Shown here piece after piece: positions 47,391 to 56,105 of a stretch of 64,000 nucleotides of DNA. Source of the stretch: an uncultured Rhodospirillaceae bacterium (GTDB taxonomy: Bacteria; Pseudomonadota; Alphaproteobacteria; Rhodospirillales; UBA2165); NCBI GenBank assembly GCA_964611435.1, contig CAZSXT010000005.1, positions 88,290-152,289 of the forward strand, given 5' to 3'. The notes under the pieces are model-generated. The model searched no databases and had not been told where the DNA came from. It saw only the letters and a list, made by a program, of their open reading frames with translations. Position 1 is the first letter of the stretch. Each line of letters opens with the position of its first letter. The position numbers and the translations under genes are program-made.

Positions 47391-49760
47391 ATGGACAAAC
47401 CTCTCAAAATTAATGTGATCGGCGGCGGGCCGGGCGGGCTCTATTTCTCGCTGTTGATGAAGCTGGCGGATCCGCGCCACGACATCACCGTCTATGAGCG
47501 CAACCGCTCCGACGATACGTTCGGCTTTGGTGTAGTGTTCTCCGACGAGACCCTTGAGAACTTCATGGGTCAGGACGCCAAGACCTATCAGGAGATACGC
47601 AACGCCTTCGCCTATTGGGACACGATCGAAGTCCGATACCGCGGCGAACGCGTCCGCTCGGGCGGGCACGGTTTTGCCGGCATGTGGCGGATGAAACTGT
47701 TGAACATCCTACAGAACCGCTGCGCCGAAGAAGGGGTGAAGATCAGCTACGAGACCGAGATCGACGATATTGAAGCCTATCGCGATGCTGACCTGGTGCT
47801 GGGGTCGGATGGAGTGAACAGTCTGGTCCGGGAGACCTACAAGGACACGTTCAAGCCGACCATCGATTACCGCAAAACCAAGTTCGTCTGGCTGGGCACC
47901 ACCCAGCGCTTCGATGCCTTCACCTTTATCTTCAAGAACAACGAGCACGGCTGGTTCTATAACCATGCTTATCAATATGGTCAGGGGCAGGGGCAGGCGT
48001 CCTCCACCTGGATTTTGGAAACCCACGAAGACACCTGGAAAAACGCCGGGTTCGATCAGGCCACCGAGGAAGACACGCTGGCCTATTTCGAAGATTTCTT
48101 CGCCGAAGAGCTGGACGGCCACAAGTTGCTCTCCAACAAGTCCATTTGGCGCAATTTCCCGGTGGTCAGCAATGAGTCCTGGCATCATGAGAACGTGGTG
48201 CTGATCGGCGATGCTTGCCACACGGCGCAATTCTCCATCGGTTCCGGCACCAAGATCGCCATGGAAGGGGCGATTGCCTTGGCGCAGAGCTTGAAGGAAG
48301 AAAAGTCCGTCCCCGCTGCTCTGGACTCCTATCAGGACAAGCGCTTCATGGAGATCGCCCGGCTGCAGCGGACGGCGATGGTGAGCCTGCAATGGTACGA
48401 AAACGCCCGGCGCTTCAACGGCATGACGGCCCCGCAATACGCCTTCAATTTCCTCAGCCGCTCCAAGAGTGTCACCTACGAAAATCTCGCGCTCCGCGAT
48501 CCCGATTACGGCAAGGCGGTAGATCACTGGTTCGCCGATATTGTCCGGGAACAGGAAGGCGTGGACATCCCCAAGGAAAACCCGCCCAAGCCCATGTTCC
48601 TGCCGTTTCATATCGGCAACATGATGGTGCAGAACCGGGTGGTGGTCTCGCCCATGTGTCAGTACTCCGCCGAAGACGGCACGCCTACCGATTGGCACAT
48701 GGTGCATCTGGGCGGTTTTGGGGTCGGCGGCGCGGGCCTTGTCTTCACCGAAATGACCAACGTTTCGGCGGACGGCCGCATCTCGCCCGGTTGCGCCGGC
48801 ATGTACAAGGACGAACACGCCCCCGCCTGGAAGAAGATCGTCGATTTCGTCCATGCCAATTCCAACGCCAAGATCGGCATGCAGTTGGCCCACGCGGGGC
48901 GCAAAGGTTCCACCAAGCCGGGTTGGGAGGGCGCCGATCTGCCATTGGACGAAGGCCGCTGGCAACTGATCTCTGCCTCTGCCATTCCCTACAAGCCGGA
49001 CGGTCAGGTGCCGAAGGAAATGGATCGGGCGGACATGGACACAGTGCGCGACAATTTCGCCGCCGCCGCCCAACGTGCGGATGAGGCGGGCTTCGACATC
49101 ATCGAAGTGCATATGGCGCACGGGTATCTGCTGTCGTCGTTCATTACGCCGCTCTCCAACGTGCGAACGGATGAGTATGGCGGCTCTTTGGAGAACCGGA
49201 TGCGTTTCCCGTTGGAGGTGTTGGACGCTGTGCGCGCCGCCTGGCCGGCGGACAAACCGATCTCGGTCCGCATTTCCGCCAGCGATTGGGTGGAAGGCGC
49301 GGGCATTGACGGCGATGACGCGGTGGAAATCGCGAAAATGCTGAAGGCCCACGGCGCGGATATCATTGACGTCTCGGCGGGTCAGACGACGCCGGACGCC
49401 AAGCCGATCTATGGCCGCATGTTCCAGACCGTGTTCTCCGAACAAGTGCGCCTGGAAGCGGACGTGCCGACCATCACCGTTGGCAATATCACCACGCCCG
49501 ATCAGGTGAACACTATCCTGGCGTCGGGCCGGGCCGACATGGTGGCGCTGGCTCGTCTGCATCTGACGGACCCGCACTTTACGCTACGAGCGGCGGCGCA
49601 CTACGGCTACGAGATGCAGACCTGGCCCAAACAGTATCTGCGGGGTAAGGCACAGGCAGAAAGCCTGGCGGCGGCGGAGAATGAACGGTTGCAGGAACTG
49701 CTGATCGCCAACAAGCCGCAATCCCACAGTGATGCGATCAAGAAGGAAGCGGCGGAGTAG
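47391..49760 (+). CDS. fused FAD aromatic-ring monooxygenase / Old-Yellow-Enzyme reductase (salicylyl-CoA 5-hydroxylase / 2-aminobenzoyl-CoA monooxygenase-reductase type)
   Basis: ORF 47379..49760 with ATG at 47391. The N-terminal half has the FAD fingerprint INVIGGGPGGLY. The C-terminal half has the OYE motifs VVSPMCQYS and HMAHGYLLSSFITPLSN. Confidence 0.85.
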   Translation: MDKPLKINVIGGGPGGLYFSLLMKLADPRHDITVYERNRSDDTFGFGVVFSDETLENFMGQDAKTYQEIRNAFAYWDTIEVRYRGERVRSGGHGFAGMWRMKLLNILQNRCAEEGVKISYETEIDDIEAYRDADLVLGSDGVNSLVRETYKDTFKPTIDYRKTKFVWLGTTQRFDAFTFIFKNNEHGWFYNHAYQYGQGQGQASSTWILETHEDTWKNAGFDQATEEDTLAYFEDFFAEELDGHKLLSNKSIWRNFPVVSNESWHHENVVLIGDACHTAQFSIGSGTKIAMEGAIALAQSLKEEKSVPAALDSYQDKRFMEIARLQRTAMVSLQWYENARRFNGMTAPQYAFNFLSRSKSVTYENLALRDPDYGKAVDHWFADIVREQEGVDIPKENPPKPMFLPFHIGNMMVQNRVVVSPMCQYSAEDGTPTDWHMVHLGGFGVGGAGLVFTEMTNVSADGRISPGCAGMYKDEHAPAWKKIVDFVHANSNAKIGMQLAHAGRKGSTKPGWEGADLPLDEGRWQLISASAIPYKPDGQVPKEMDRADMDTVRDNFAAAAQRADEAGFDIIEVHMAHGYLLSSFITPLSNVRTDEYGGSLENRMRFPLEVLDAVRAAWPADKPISVRISASDWVEGAGIDGDDAVEIAKMLKAHGADIIDVSAGQTTPDAKPIYGRMFQTVFSEQVRLEADVPTITVGNITTPDQVNTILASGRADMVALARLHLTDPHFTLRAAAHYGYEMQTWPKQYLRGKAQAESLAAAENERLQELLIANKPQSHSDAIKKEAAE

Positions 49761-49763
49761 TGG

Positions 49764-50951
49764 CTAGCCGTCTTCCGCAGCGGCCATCACCTGGCCGGCG
49801 ATGACCAGCTTCAGGATTTCGGTGGTGCCCTCGTAAATGCGAAGCGCACGGATTTCCCGGTAGAGCCGTTCCACGGTCTCGCCCGACACCACGCCCTGGC
49901 CGCCGAAGATTTGCACCGCCTGATCGATCACTTCCTGCGCACTTTCCGTGGCGAACATTTTGGCCATCCCGGATTCCCGGGTGACCCGGGCTTCCTGCAC
50001 ATCCTTGACCCAGGCGGAGCGATAGACCAGTAGTGCGGTCGCATCGATCTTCACGGCCATGTCGGCTATTTTCTCCTGGATCAACTGGAAGTCACCGATG
50101 GGCTGGCCGAAAGCTTCGCGGGATTTGGACCGGTTTATCGCCTCATCCATGGCGCGCCGGGCAAACCCCAGGGCTGCGCCGCCGACCGAGGTGCGAAATG
50201 TATCCAGCGTGGTCATGGCGATCTTGAAGCCGTCGCCCGGATTGCCCAGCATGGCCGTTGCCGGGATGCGGCAGTTGTCGAAGGTCAGTGTTCCCAGCGG
50301 GTGGGGCGCGATCACGTTGATCCGCTCGCTGACGCTCATGCCGGCCGTGTCGGCGTCCACCACGAAGGCCGAAATGCCCTTGGCGCCGGGTGCTTCACCG
50401 GTCCGCGCAAACAGCACGTATTGATCGGCGATGCCAGCGTTGGAGATCCAGGTCTTGGCGCCGTTGATGACATATTCGTTGCCGTCGGCTTCCGCCGTGG
50501 TGCGCATGGCCGCCACGTCCGATCCGCCTTCGGGCTCCGAAATCGCGAAGGCGGCGATCTTTTCACCGGAGGCGACGGCGGGCAAATAGGCCTGCTTCTG
50601 CTCTTCCGAGCCAAAATAGGTGATGGAGCCGGAACCCAGCCCTTGCATGGTGAAGCAGAACTCCGCCAGGCCGGAATAATAGCCCATGCTTTCCCGGGTG
50701 AGCGCAATGGTGCGCACATCGATCTTGTCGAGCGCGCCGCCATAGGCCGCCGGCACACAGTATTTCAGCCAGCCGGACTGGCCCAGCATCTCCACGAAAT
50801 TGCGGCTCATCTCGTCCAAAGACGGGATGTCGTGGGGCTCCTCATGTTCGATCGGGCCCAGGTTCTCCTTCGCCCAAGTGCGGGCAGCTTCGGCGTGGGC
50901 CCGGTGGTGATCCTCGAAGAACGGCCAGTCGAGATAGGTCGAATCTACCAT
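49764..50951 (-). CDS. acyl-CoA dehydrogenase
   Basis: ORF 49764..51026. The ATG at 50951 overlaps the upstream SDR stop (ATGA) and gives MVDSTYLDWPFF. Motifs AFAISEPEGGSDVAAM and YEGTTEI are present. Confidence 0.88.
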   Translation of the reverse strand: MVDSTYLDWPFFEDHHRAHAEAARTWAKENLGPIEHEEPHDIPSLDEMSRNFVEMLGQSGWLKYCVPAAYGGALDKIDVRTIALTRESMGYYSGLAEFCFTMQGLGSGSITYFGSEEQKQAYLPAVASGEKIAAFAISEPEGGSDVAAMRTTAEADGNEYVINGAKTWISNAGIADQYVLFARTGEAPGAKGISAFVVDADTAGMSVSERINVIAPHPLGTLTFDNCRIPATAMLGNPGDGFKIAMTTLDTFRTSVGGAALGFARRAMDEAINRSKSREAFGQPIGDFQLIQEKIADMAVKIDATALLVYRSAWVKDVQEARVTRESGMAKMFATESAQEVIDQAVQIFGGQGVVSGETVERLYREIRALRIYEGTTEILKLVIAGQVMAAAEDG

Positions 50952-51772
50952 CAGTTCATCACCGCGCCGCCGGCCACCACGATGGCTTGCCCGGTGATGG
51001 AAGCCGACGACGGCAGGCAAATCCAAGCCACCGTTTCCGCCACTTCTTCCGGGGCGACCATGCGGCCCATGGGACTCATATTATCGATCTCCGCCTGAAT
51101 CTCATCCCGGTCGCGGCCGGTTTTGCCGACGATGGAATCGACCGCATCCGAGACCAGATCCGTGTCGGTGTAGCCGGGGCAGACCGCATTCACCGTAATG
51201 CCGGTTTTGACGGCTTCCAACGCCAGGGTGCGGGTCAGGCCGATCACCCCGTGCTTGGACGCGCAATAGGCGGCGATATAGGGATAGCCGCGCAATCCCA
51301 CGGTAGAGGATATATTGACGATCCGGCCATAGCCCGCCTCCCGCATTGTCCCGTAGACCTGCTTCGTGCAGAGATAGGTGCCGGTCAGGTTCAGCCCGAT
51401 GGTTTGGTTCCAGAATTCCGTGTCCATCCGGTGGAACGGCGCGCTTTTGCCGATGCCCGCATTGTTGATCAGGATGTTCACCGGGCCCAGCTTGTCCGCA
51501 GCGGCGGCGAAGCATTTTTCCACATCTGCTTCGGACGACATATCTCCGGTGGTGGTGAAGACCTCGACCCCTTCGTGGACCCGGAGCGCGCCGGCCTGAT
51601 CGTTCAGCGTGCCCTCGGTCCGGCCGGTAAGACTGATGTTCGCGCCCAGCTTTGCCAGCGTGTTGGAAATGGCGGCGCCGATGCCGCGGGAGCCGCCGGT
51701 GATCAGCGCATGCTGACCCTTCAGCGGCTTTTCGGAAAACATGTTTCCGGTGATTTTTGCCTGATTTGTCAT
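50951..51772 (-). CDS. short-chain dehydrogenase/reductase (3-hydroxyacyl-CoA / 3-oxoacyl reductase type)
   Basis: ORF 50951..51823. A start at ATG 51772 or a later Met is preferred, because the Rossmann motif ITGGSRGIG should lie near the N-terminus. The catalytic YCASK (YxxxK) is present. Confidence 0.85.
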   Translation of the reverse strand: MTNQAKITGNMFSEKPLKGQHALITGGSRGIGAAISNTLAKLGANISLTGRTEGTLNDQAGALRVHEGVEVFTTTGDMSSEADVEKCFAAAADKLGPVNILINNAGIGKSAPFHRMDTEFWNQTIGLNLTGTYLCTKQVYGTMREAGYGRIVNISSTVGLRGYPYIAAYCASKHGVIGLTRTLALEAVKTGITVNAVCPGYTDTDLVSDAVDSIVGKTGRDRDEIQAEIDNMSPMGRMVAPEEVAETVAWICLPSSASITGQAIVVAGGAVMN

Positions 51773-51819
51773 GAAGCCACTATTCCCGAGCGTTAAGTGA
51801 GAGACAAGGGCATTTTCCG

Positions 51820-52122
51820 TCAATCCACGACCGAGGTCATTAGATGGTTTTTCTCTGATTGCACCATGGGGGCAGCCTTCTTAAGAAACGCCATCCAGGC
51901 CGGAATTTTAAACAACTCGTCGCGCTTTGCCGTCCGGTCCTCATAGCTTTCATACTCCCAAATCAACACGACCTGGTTGGGGTCGCCGACCTCGGTCCGG
52001 TAGAAACCTTTCAAGACCGCACCGACCGGTAATTGGATCGGGAGGCCTTCTTCCTCGTACAGTTTGGCGAATGGCCCGGCCATCCCGGGCTGAGTGGTGT
52101 AAATTCTCAACTCTGTCAGCAT
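51820..52122 (-). CDS. NIPSNAP-family protein
   Basis: ORF 51820..52140. The ATG at 52122 lies 8 nt after GGGAGGA and gives MLTELRIYTTQPG. The size (~100 aa) and sequence are typical of NIPSNAP dimeric alpha-beta barrel proteins. Confidence 0.75.
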   Translation of the reverse strand: MLTELRIYTTQPGMAGPFAKLYEEEGLPIQLPVGAVLKGFYRTEVGDPNQVVLIWEYESYEDRTAKRDELFKIPAWMAFLKKAAPMVQSEKNHLMTSVVD

Positions 52123-52195
52123 TGTCTTTTGTCCTCCCATGCGGTTATGTCTAGCTTAGGTCGTTCAACCGATCGCGACAATCGGGGAGGATGTT

Positions 52196-52807
52196 TTGGC
52201 GAATATTCTGGTTCTATTTCACAGCATCACAGGTGTGACGTATCGTTTGGCAGAGGCTATCGGCGACGGTGTTAACAACGTGGACGGCTGCACGGCCAAT
52301 TTACGCCGCGTTCCCGACATCCCCGGCTGGGAGGAGATTTATGGCGGGAAGGATATGGCCGAGACGCGGGCGGCGTTTGAACACATCCCGGCAGCCGAGG
52401 TTGACGAACTATCGAGCCATGACGGGATTGCCGTGGGGACGCCGTTGAATTACGGCAACCAGAGTTCTGCGCTGCGATTTTTCTTTGACCGGGCGGGCAA
52501 GTTCTGGATGGACGGATCGCTTACCGGAAAGCCGGGCACGGTGTTTTGCGGCGGTGGATCGGGCAACGGCCGTGAGGCGGCGATGTTGACGGTCTGGCAT
52601 TTATTCGCCTCCTTCGGCCTGACCATCATGCCGCTCGGCACCCGCGCCAAACCGGTGACGCCGAAAGACGAAGTGTTTGGTAGCGGCAATTTCGGGGCTG
52701 CGGCTATCGGCGGCGGACCCGGTGACCGTCCGTCCGAGGCCGAGCTGGCCGCCGCCCGGATTCAAGGCGAAGCGTTCGCCGAACTGACCCTTAAACTGAC
52801 GACATAA
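52196..52807 (+). CDS. flavodoxin-fold NAD(P)H:quinone oxidoreductase (WrbA-like)
   Basis: 203-aa ORF. The TTG start lies 5 nt after GGGGAGG. The N-terminus ILVLFHSITGVTYRLAEAI is the flavodoxin-like FMN loop. Confidence 0.75.
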   Translation: MANILVLFHSITGVTYRLAEAIGDGVNNVDGCTANLRRVPDIPGWEEIYGGKDMAETRAAFEHIPAAEVDELSSHDGIAVGTPLNYGNQSSALRFFFDRAGKFWMDGSLTGKPGTVFCGGGSGNGREAAMLTVWHLFASFGLTIMPLGTRAKPVTPKDEVFGSGNFGAAAIGGGPGDRPSEAELAAARIQGEAFAELTLKLTT

Positions 52808-52988
52808 GAGCGTCGAGGGCGAGCAGCAGAAACACCACGCAGCCGATGCCCAGCGCCACCGTCAGCAGCGCGTTGGACTGGTAGTCCCCGGTCTGGGTGA
52901 CCACGGATGTGCCCGCCGCCTGGGTGCGGAACTTCCAGCAGCCGATGCCGCAGGCAACGGCCAGGATCAGAAAAACGATGGCGAGCAT
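52791..52988 (-). CDS. small two-TM membrane protein (65 aa), unknown function
   Basis: The ATG at 52988 lies 12 nt after the Gfo/Idh/MocA stop, and the spacer contains GGGAGA. Two hydrophobic helices are visible (LAIVFLILAVACGIGCW and LLTVALGIGCVVFLLLAL). No family is recognised. Confidence 0.45.
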   Translation of the reverse strand: MLAIVFLILAVACGIGCWKFRTQAAGTSVVTQTGDYQSNALLTVALGIGCVVFLLLALDALMSSV

Positions 52989-53000
52989 TTGGTCTCCCGG

Positions 53001-54011
53001 TTACTCCCCCGTTTCCAGGATTTCGTCGATGGTGACCACCCGGCGTTCGTTGGCGGATTTGACGCCGGCGCGGATCACGGCCAGAGACCGGGACGCCCAT
53101 TCGCCGCCCACCTCCGGTTCGTCGCCGGTGCGGATGCACTCGCCGAACTCTTCCATCTGCTCGGCCAAAGTGTCGTTCATCTCGAAATCCATCTTCTTGG
53201 CTTCTTTGTCGCCCTGCTCGAGATAGTACATGCCGTTGGTCAGGTCGTAGAAGGCGGACGCCTTTTTGCCGTAGATGTTCATCACATAGTTTTCACCGGC
53301 GGACGCATAGCAGGCGTTCAGGGTCGACAGCGCATCGCATTCGTGTCGCATTACAAGGCTCGCCACATCCGGATTGTCGCCTGGCAGCGCTAACTGAGAC
53401 AGCATGCCCGATACCTCTGTGATCGGGCCCATCAACATTTCCATCACGTCCACATAGTGCGGACCGATTTGCAGCATGACGCCGCCCGGCATGCCCTCGG
53501 CGGTGTAGCGCCAGTGGCCTTCCTCGAAAGCGCCGAGCCGGTCGCGGCTGATATTCGCCTCGGCGTTGACGATGAAGCCGAAGTCGCCGGCCTTGATCTT
53601 TTCATGGACCCAGCGGAACTGCACTTCGCGGCGGCGCTGAAACCCGATGGAGAGTTTGACGCCTGCGTCCCGGCATATCTTGGTGATTTCCATGCCTTCG
53701 CCGACGGAGTTGGCGATGGGCTTGTCCAGGAACACGTGCTTGCCGGCCTCGGCCGCCTGCTTGGTGGTTTCCAGGTGCACGTTATTGGGGGTGGTGTTGA
53801 TAATCCCCTGGATAGAGTCGTCTTCCAGGATTTCCTCGTAGCTGGACGCCGCCGCGCAATTGTACTTCTCGGCAAAGGCGTTGCGTTTGTCCTCGGACCG
53901 CGTGTAGCAGGACACGATCTCTATGCCCTTGGCCCGGCCGGTGGCGTCCGCCAGGACGTCCGACCACCAGCCCATGCCCAGTGAAGCAACGCGTACAGTA
54001 TCTGAACTCAT
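53001..54011 (-). CDS. Gfo/Idh/MocA-family NAD(P)-dependent oxidoreductase
   Basis: 336-aa ORF with the N-terminal Rossmann VASLGMGWWSD and the family motif AGKHVFLDKPIA. Confidence 0.85.
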   Translation of the reverse strand: MSSDTVRVASLGMGWWSDVLADATGRAKGIEIVSCYTRSEDKRNAFAEKYNCAAASSYEEILEDDSIQGIINTTPNNVHLETTKQAAEAGKHVFLDKPIANSVGEGMEITKICRDAGVKLSIGFQRRREVQFRWVHEKIKAGDFGFIVNAEANISRDRLGAFEEGHWRYTAEGMPGGVMLQIGPHYVDVMEMLMGPITEVSGMLSQLALPGDNPDVASLVMRHECDALSTLNACYASAGENYVMNIYGKKASAFYDLTNGMYYLEQGDKEAKKMDFEMNDTLAEQMEEFGECIRTGDEPEVGGEWASRSLAVIRAGVKSANERRVVTIDEILETGE

Positions 54012-54035
54012 AACTTTCTCTCCGTCTTAAAAATT

Positions 54036-55556
54036 TTATCCGCCCTCTGAAGGCGATGAACTTTGTTGTTGTGCCTGCCTGCTTTTGTACTCCGCCCAGA
54101 AGGACCACGCCACCGAGGCGGCGGCCAGGCAGAGGAAAAACAGGCTGAACGGTTGGGTGAAAAATATGGATATGTCGTTCTTCGAGGCAATCAGGGACAC
54201 CCGCAGATGTTCTTCCAACTGGCGGCCGAGCACCATGGCCAGCAAGAGCGGGATGATTGGCATATTCAACCAGCGCATGGCGAGGCCGAGGAGGCCGAAG
54301 CCGAACATGACATAGACATCGAAGAAATTATTTCGAAGCGCGTAGCTGCCTATTACGCATAGGATAGCGATGGTCGGCATCAGAAACGCTTTGGGAATGG
54401 ACAACACCTTGACCAGCAGCCGCAATCCGATGAGCGCGATGATGATGTTGAAGATGTTGGCCCAGAAGAAAGAGAAGATCAGGCCGTAGGCAAATTCGCC
54501 GTTCTCGACAAATAATAGCGGTCCCGGCGCCAGTCCGTGGATCAGCAGCGCGCCGATCAGGATCGCGGTCACGGGATCGCCGGGAATGCCGAGGGTCATC
54601 ATCGGGATCAGTGCGCCGCCGGTCACTGCGTTGTTGGCCGCTTCGGGTGCGGCGATGCCTTGGGGCGAACCCTGGCCAAATTCATCCGGTTTTTTGCTCA
54701 GCCTACGGGAATAGTCATAGCTGATGAACGCGGCGATGGGTCCGCCCGCGCCCGGCAGGATGCCCAAGAAAGAGCCCGCCACGCCGCCGATGGAGACCGG
54801 CAGGCGCATCAGTTTCAAATCAGACAAACTGGGTAAAACGCTTTTGATCTTGGCGGCGCTTCTTGCTGCGGCGTCTGATTTTGCCATCTCGGCGAAATTC
54901 TCAACCAACTGCGGTACGGCGAACAGCCCGATCAGCGCGGTCAAAAAATGCACGCCGGCGATCAGGTTCACCTCGCCGAAAGTAAACCGGTTGGTCCCCA
55001 TCATCGGGTCCTGGCCAATGGTGACAATAGCCAGACCAATGGCAGCAGACAGAAAGCCCTTAATCAGGGATTTTGCGGCAAAGCTGCAGATGATGGTCAG
55101 GCCGAAGAACACCAGACTGAACAGGTCCGGGGACTGAAATTGCAGTGCGATGTCCGCCAGGACCGGTGCGATGAAATAGAGGCACAGGAAACTTAACAGC
55201 CCGCCGATAAAACTGGCGGTAATGGCGATGCCCAGCGCCCGCCCGGCTTCGCCCCGTGACGCCATCGGATTGCCATCAAGCGCCGTGGCGGAGGCCGAGG
55301 GCGTGCCGGGGATATTCAACAGGATGGCCGAGAAACTGCCGCCGGTCATGCCGCTGACATAAAGCCCCAGCAGAAGGGCAATGGAAATTTCCGGCGGCAG
55401 CACGAATGTCAGGGGCAGGACAATAATGATTCCGGTAGAGATGGTCAGGCCGGGAATCATGCCGACGAACAGGCCGATCAGGCACCCCGCCGCCACGGCG
55501 AGGATCGTGCTGTACTGGCTGGCTTGGAGGAAGCCGTCGATGACGTCCGGACTCAT
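54036..55556 (-). CDS. tctA: tripartite tricarboxylate transporter, large permease TctA
   Basis: 506-aa polytopic membrane ORF with TctA-like sequence (GMIPGLT...LLNIPGTP...GILPGAGGPIAAF). Confidence 0.9.
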   Translation of the reverse strand: MSPDVIDGFLQASQYSTILAVAAGCLIGLFVGMIPGLTISTGIIIVLPLTFVLPPEISIALLLGLYVSGMTGGSFSAILLNIPGTPSASATALDGNPMASRGEAGRALGIAITASFIGGLLSFLCLYFIAPVLADIALQFQSPDLFSLVFFGLTIICSFAAKSLIKGFLSAAIGLAIVTIGQDPMMGTNRFTFGEVNLIAGVHFLTALIGLFAVPQLVENFAEMAKSDAAARSAAKIKSVLPSLSDLKLMRLPVSIGGVAGSFLGILPGAGGPIAAFISYDYSRRLSKKPDEFGQGSPQGIAAPEAANNAVTGGALIPMMTLGIPGDPVTAILIGALLIHGLAPGPLLFVENGEFAYGLIFSFFWANIFNIIIALIGLRLLVKVLSIPKAFLMPTIAILCVIGSYALRNNFFDVYVMFGFGLLGLAMRWLNMPIIPLLLAMVLGRQLEEHLRVSLIASKNDISIFFTQPFSLFFLCLAAASVAWSFWAEYKSRQAQQQSSSPSEGG

Positions 55557-56026
55557 CAGATCACGCTGTCCAAGACGCCGGCGGGCAGCCGGATTTGGAA
55601 CAGTTCCCGGAAGATATAGAAAACGATGATTGAAATGACGATGGAGCCTACGCCGATTCGGACCGGCCGTCGTTCCCCGTAGAGAATCATAAGCCCGGCA
55701 AACAGCGGCACATTGGCGGCGACAAATCCGGCCAGGGGCAGGGCCGTCAGATAGGCGAGCGCCAAAATCAGTGCGGTTCCCAGCCGTTTGCCGGTGACGC
55801 CCAGACTGTTCGGCACATTATTTTTGGCAATGGGCAGAAGGCTCTGGGCCAAAAGTGACACCGATAGGATCACCAGGCAGGTGGCGACCACCCACGGAAA
55901 AAACGACGGCTGTGTGGTGTTCTCAATGGCGCGCGTCGGCAGATGGGCCGTCATATATCCGTACCCGATACTCAAGAGTAGGAGGATGACGCCGGCGATC
56001 AGATTGCGGGTGCGCATACTGCTCAT
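55556..56026 (-). CDS. tctB: tripartite tricarboxylate transporter, small subunit TctB
   Basis: 156-aa four-TM ORF. Its stop overlaps the tctA start by 1 nt. Confidence 0.82.
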   Translation of the reverse strand: MSSMRTRNLIAGVILLLLSIGYGYMTAHLPTRAIENTTQPSFFPWVVATCLVILSVSLLAQSLLPIAKNNVPNSLGVTGKRLGTALILALAYLTALPLAGFVAANVPLFAGLMILYGERRPVRIGVGSIVISIIVFYIFRELFQIRLPAGVLDSVI

Positions 56027-56049
56027 GGGAATTCCGGGAGCCTAAATTC

Positions 56050-56083
56050 AGATGTCCCGCCTTCGGGTGAAGACGGGACATCT
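56050..56083. other. intercistronic stem-loop between tctC and tctB
   Basis: AGATGTCCCG (56050..56059) pairs perfectly with CGGGACATCT (56074..56083). The inner helix CTTC-GGGT-GAAG extends the structure. No clear U-tract follows on the transcribed (-) strand. Confidence 0.4.
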
Positions 56084-56105
56084 AATCGAGTCTTAAGTCA
56101 GCGGT

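Noticed and set aside
47709-49577. Very long antisense ORFs opposite well-supported genes. Examples: 622 aa at 47709..49577, 376 aa at 2472..3602, 355 aa at 11444..12511, 387 aa at 26717..27880, 272 aa at 62182..63000, 265 aa at 50301..51098.
   Set aside because: Each lies fully inside a gene whose translation carries unambiguous family motifs. Their own translations are Arg/Gly/Pro/His-rich with no motif, which is the expected shadow-ORF effect of GC-rich third positions. No independent start or RBS evidence exists.
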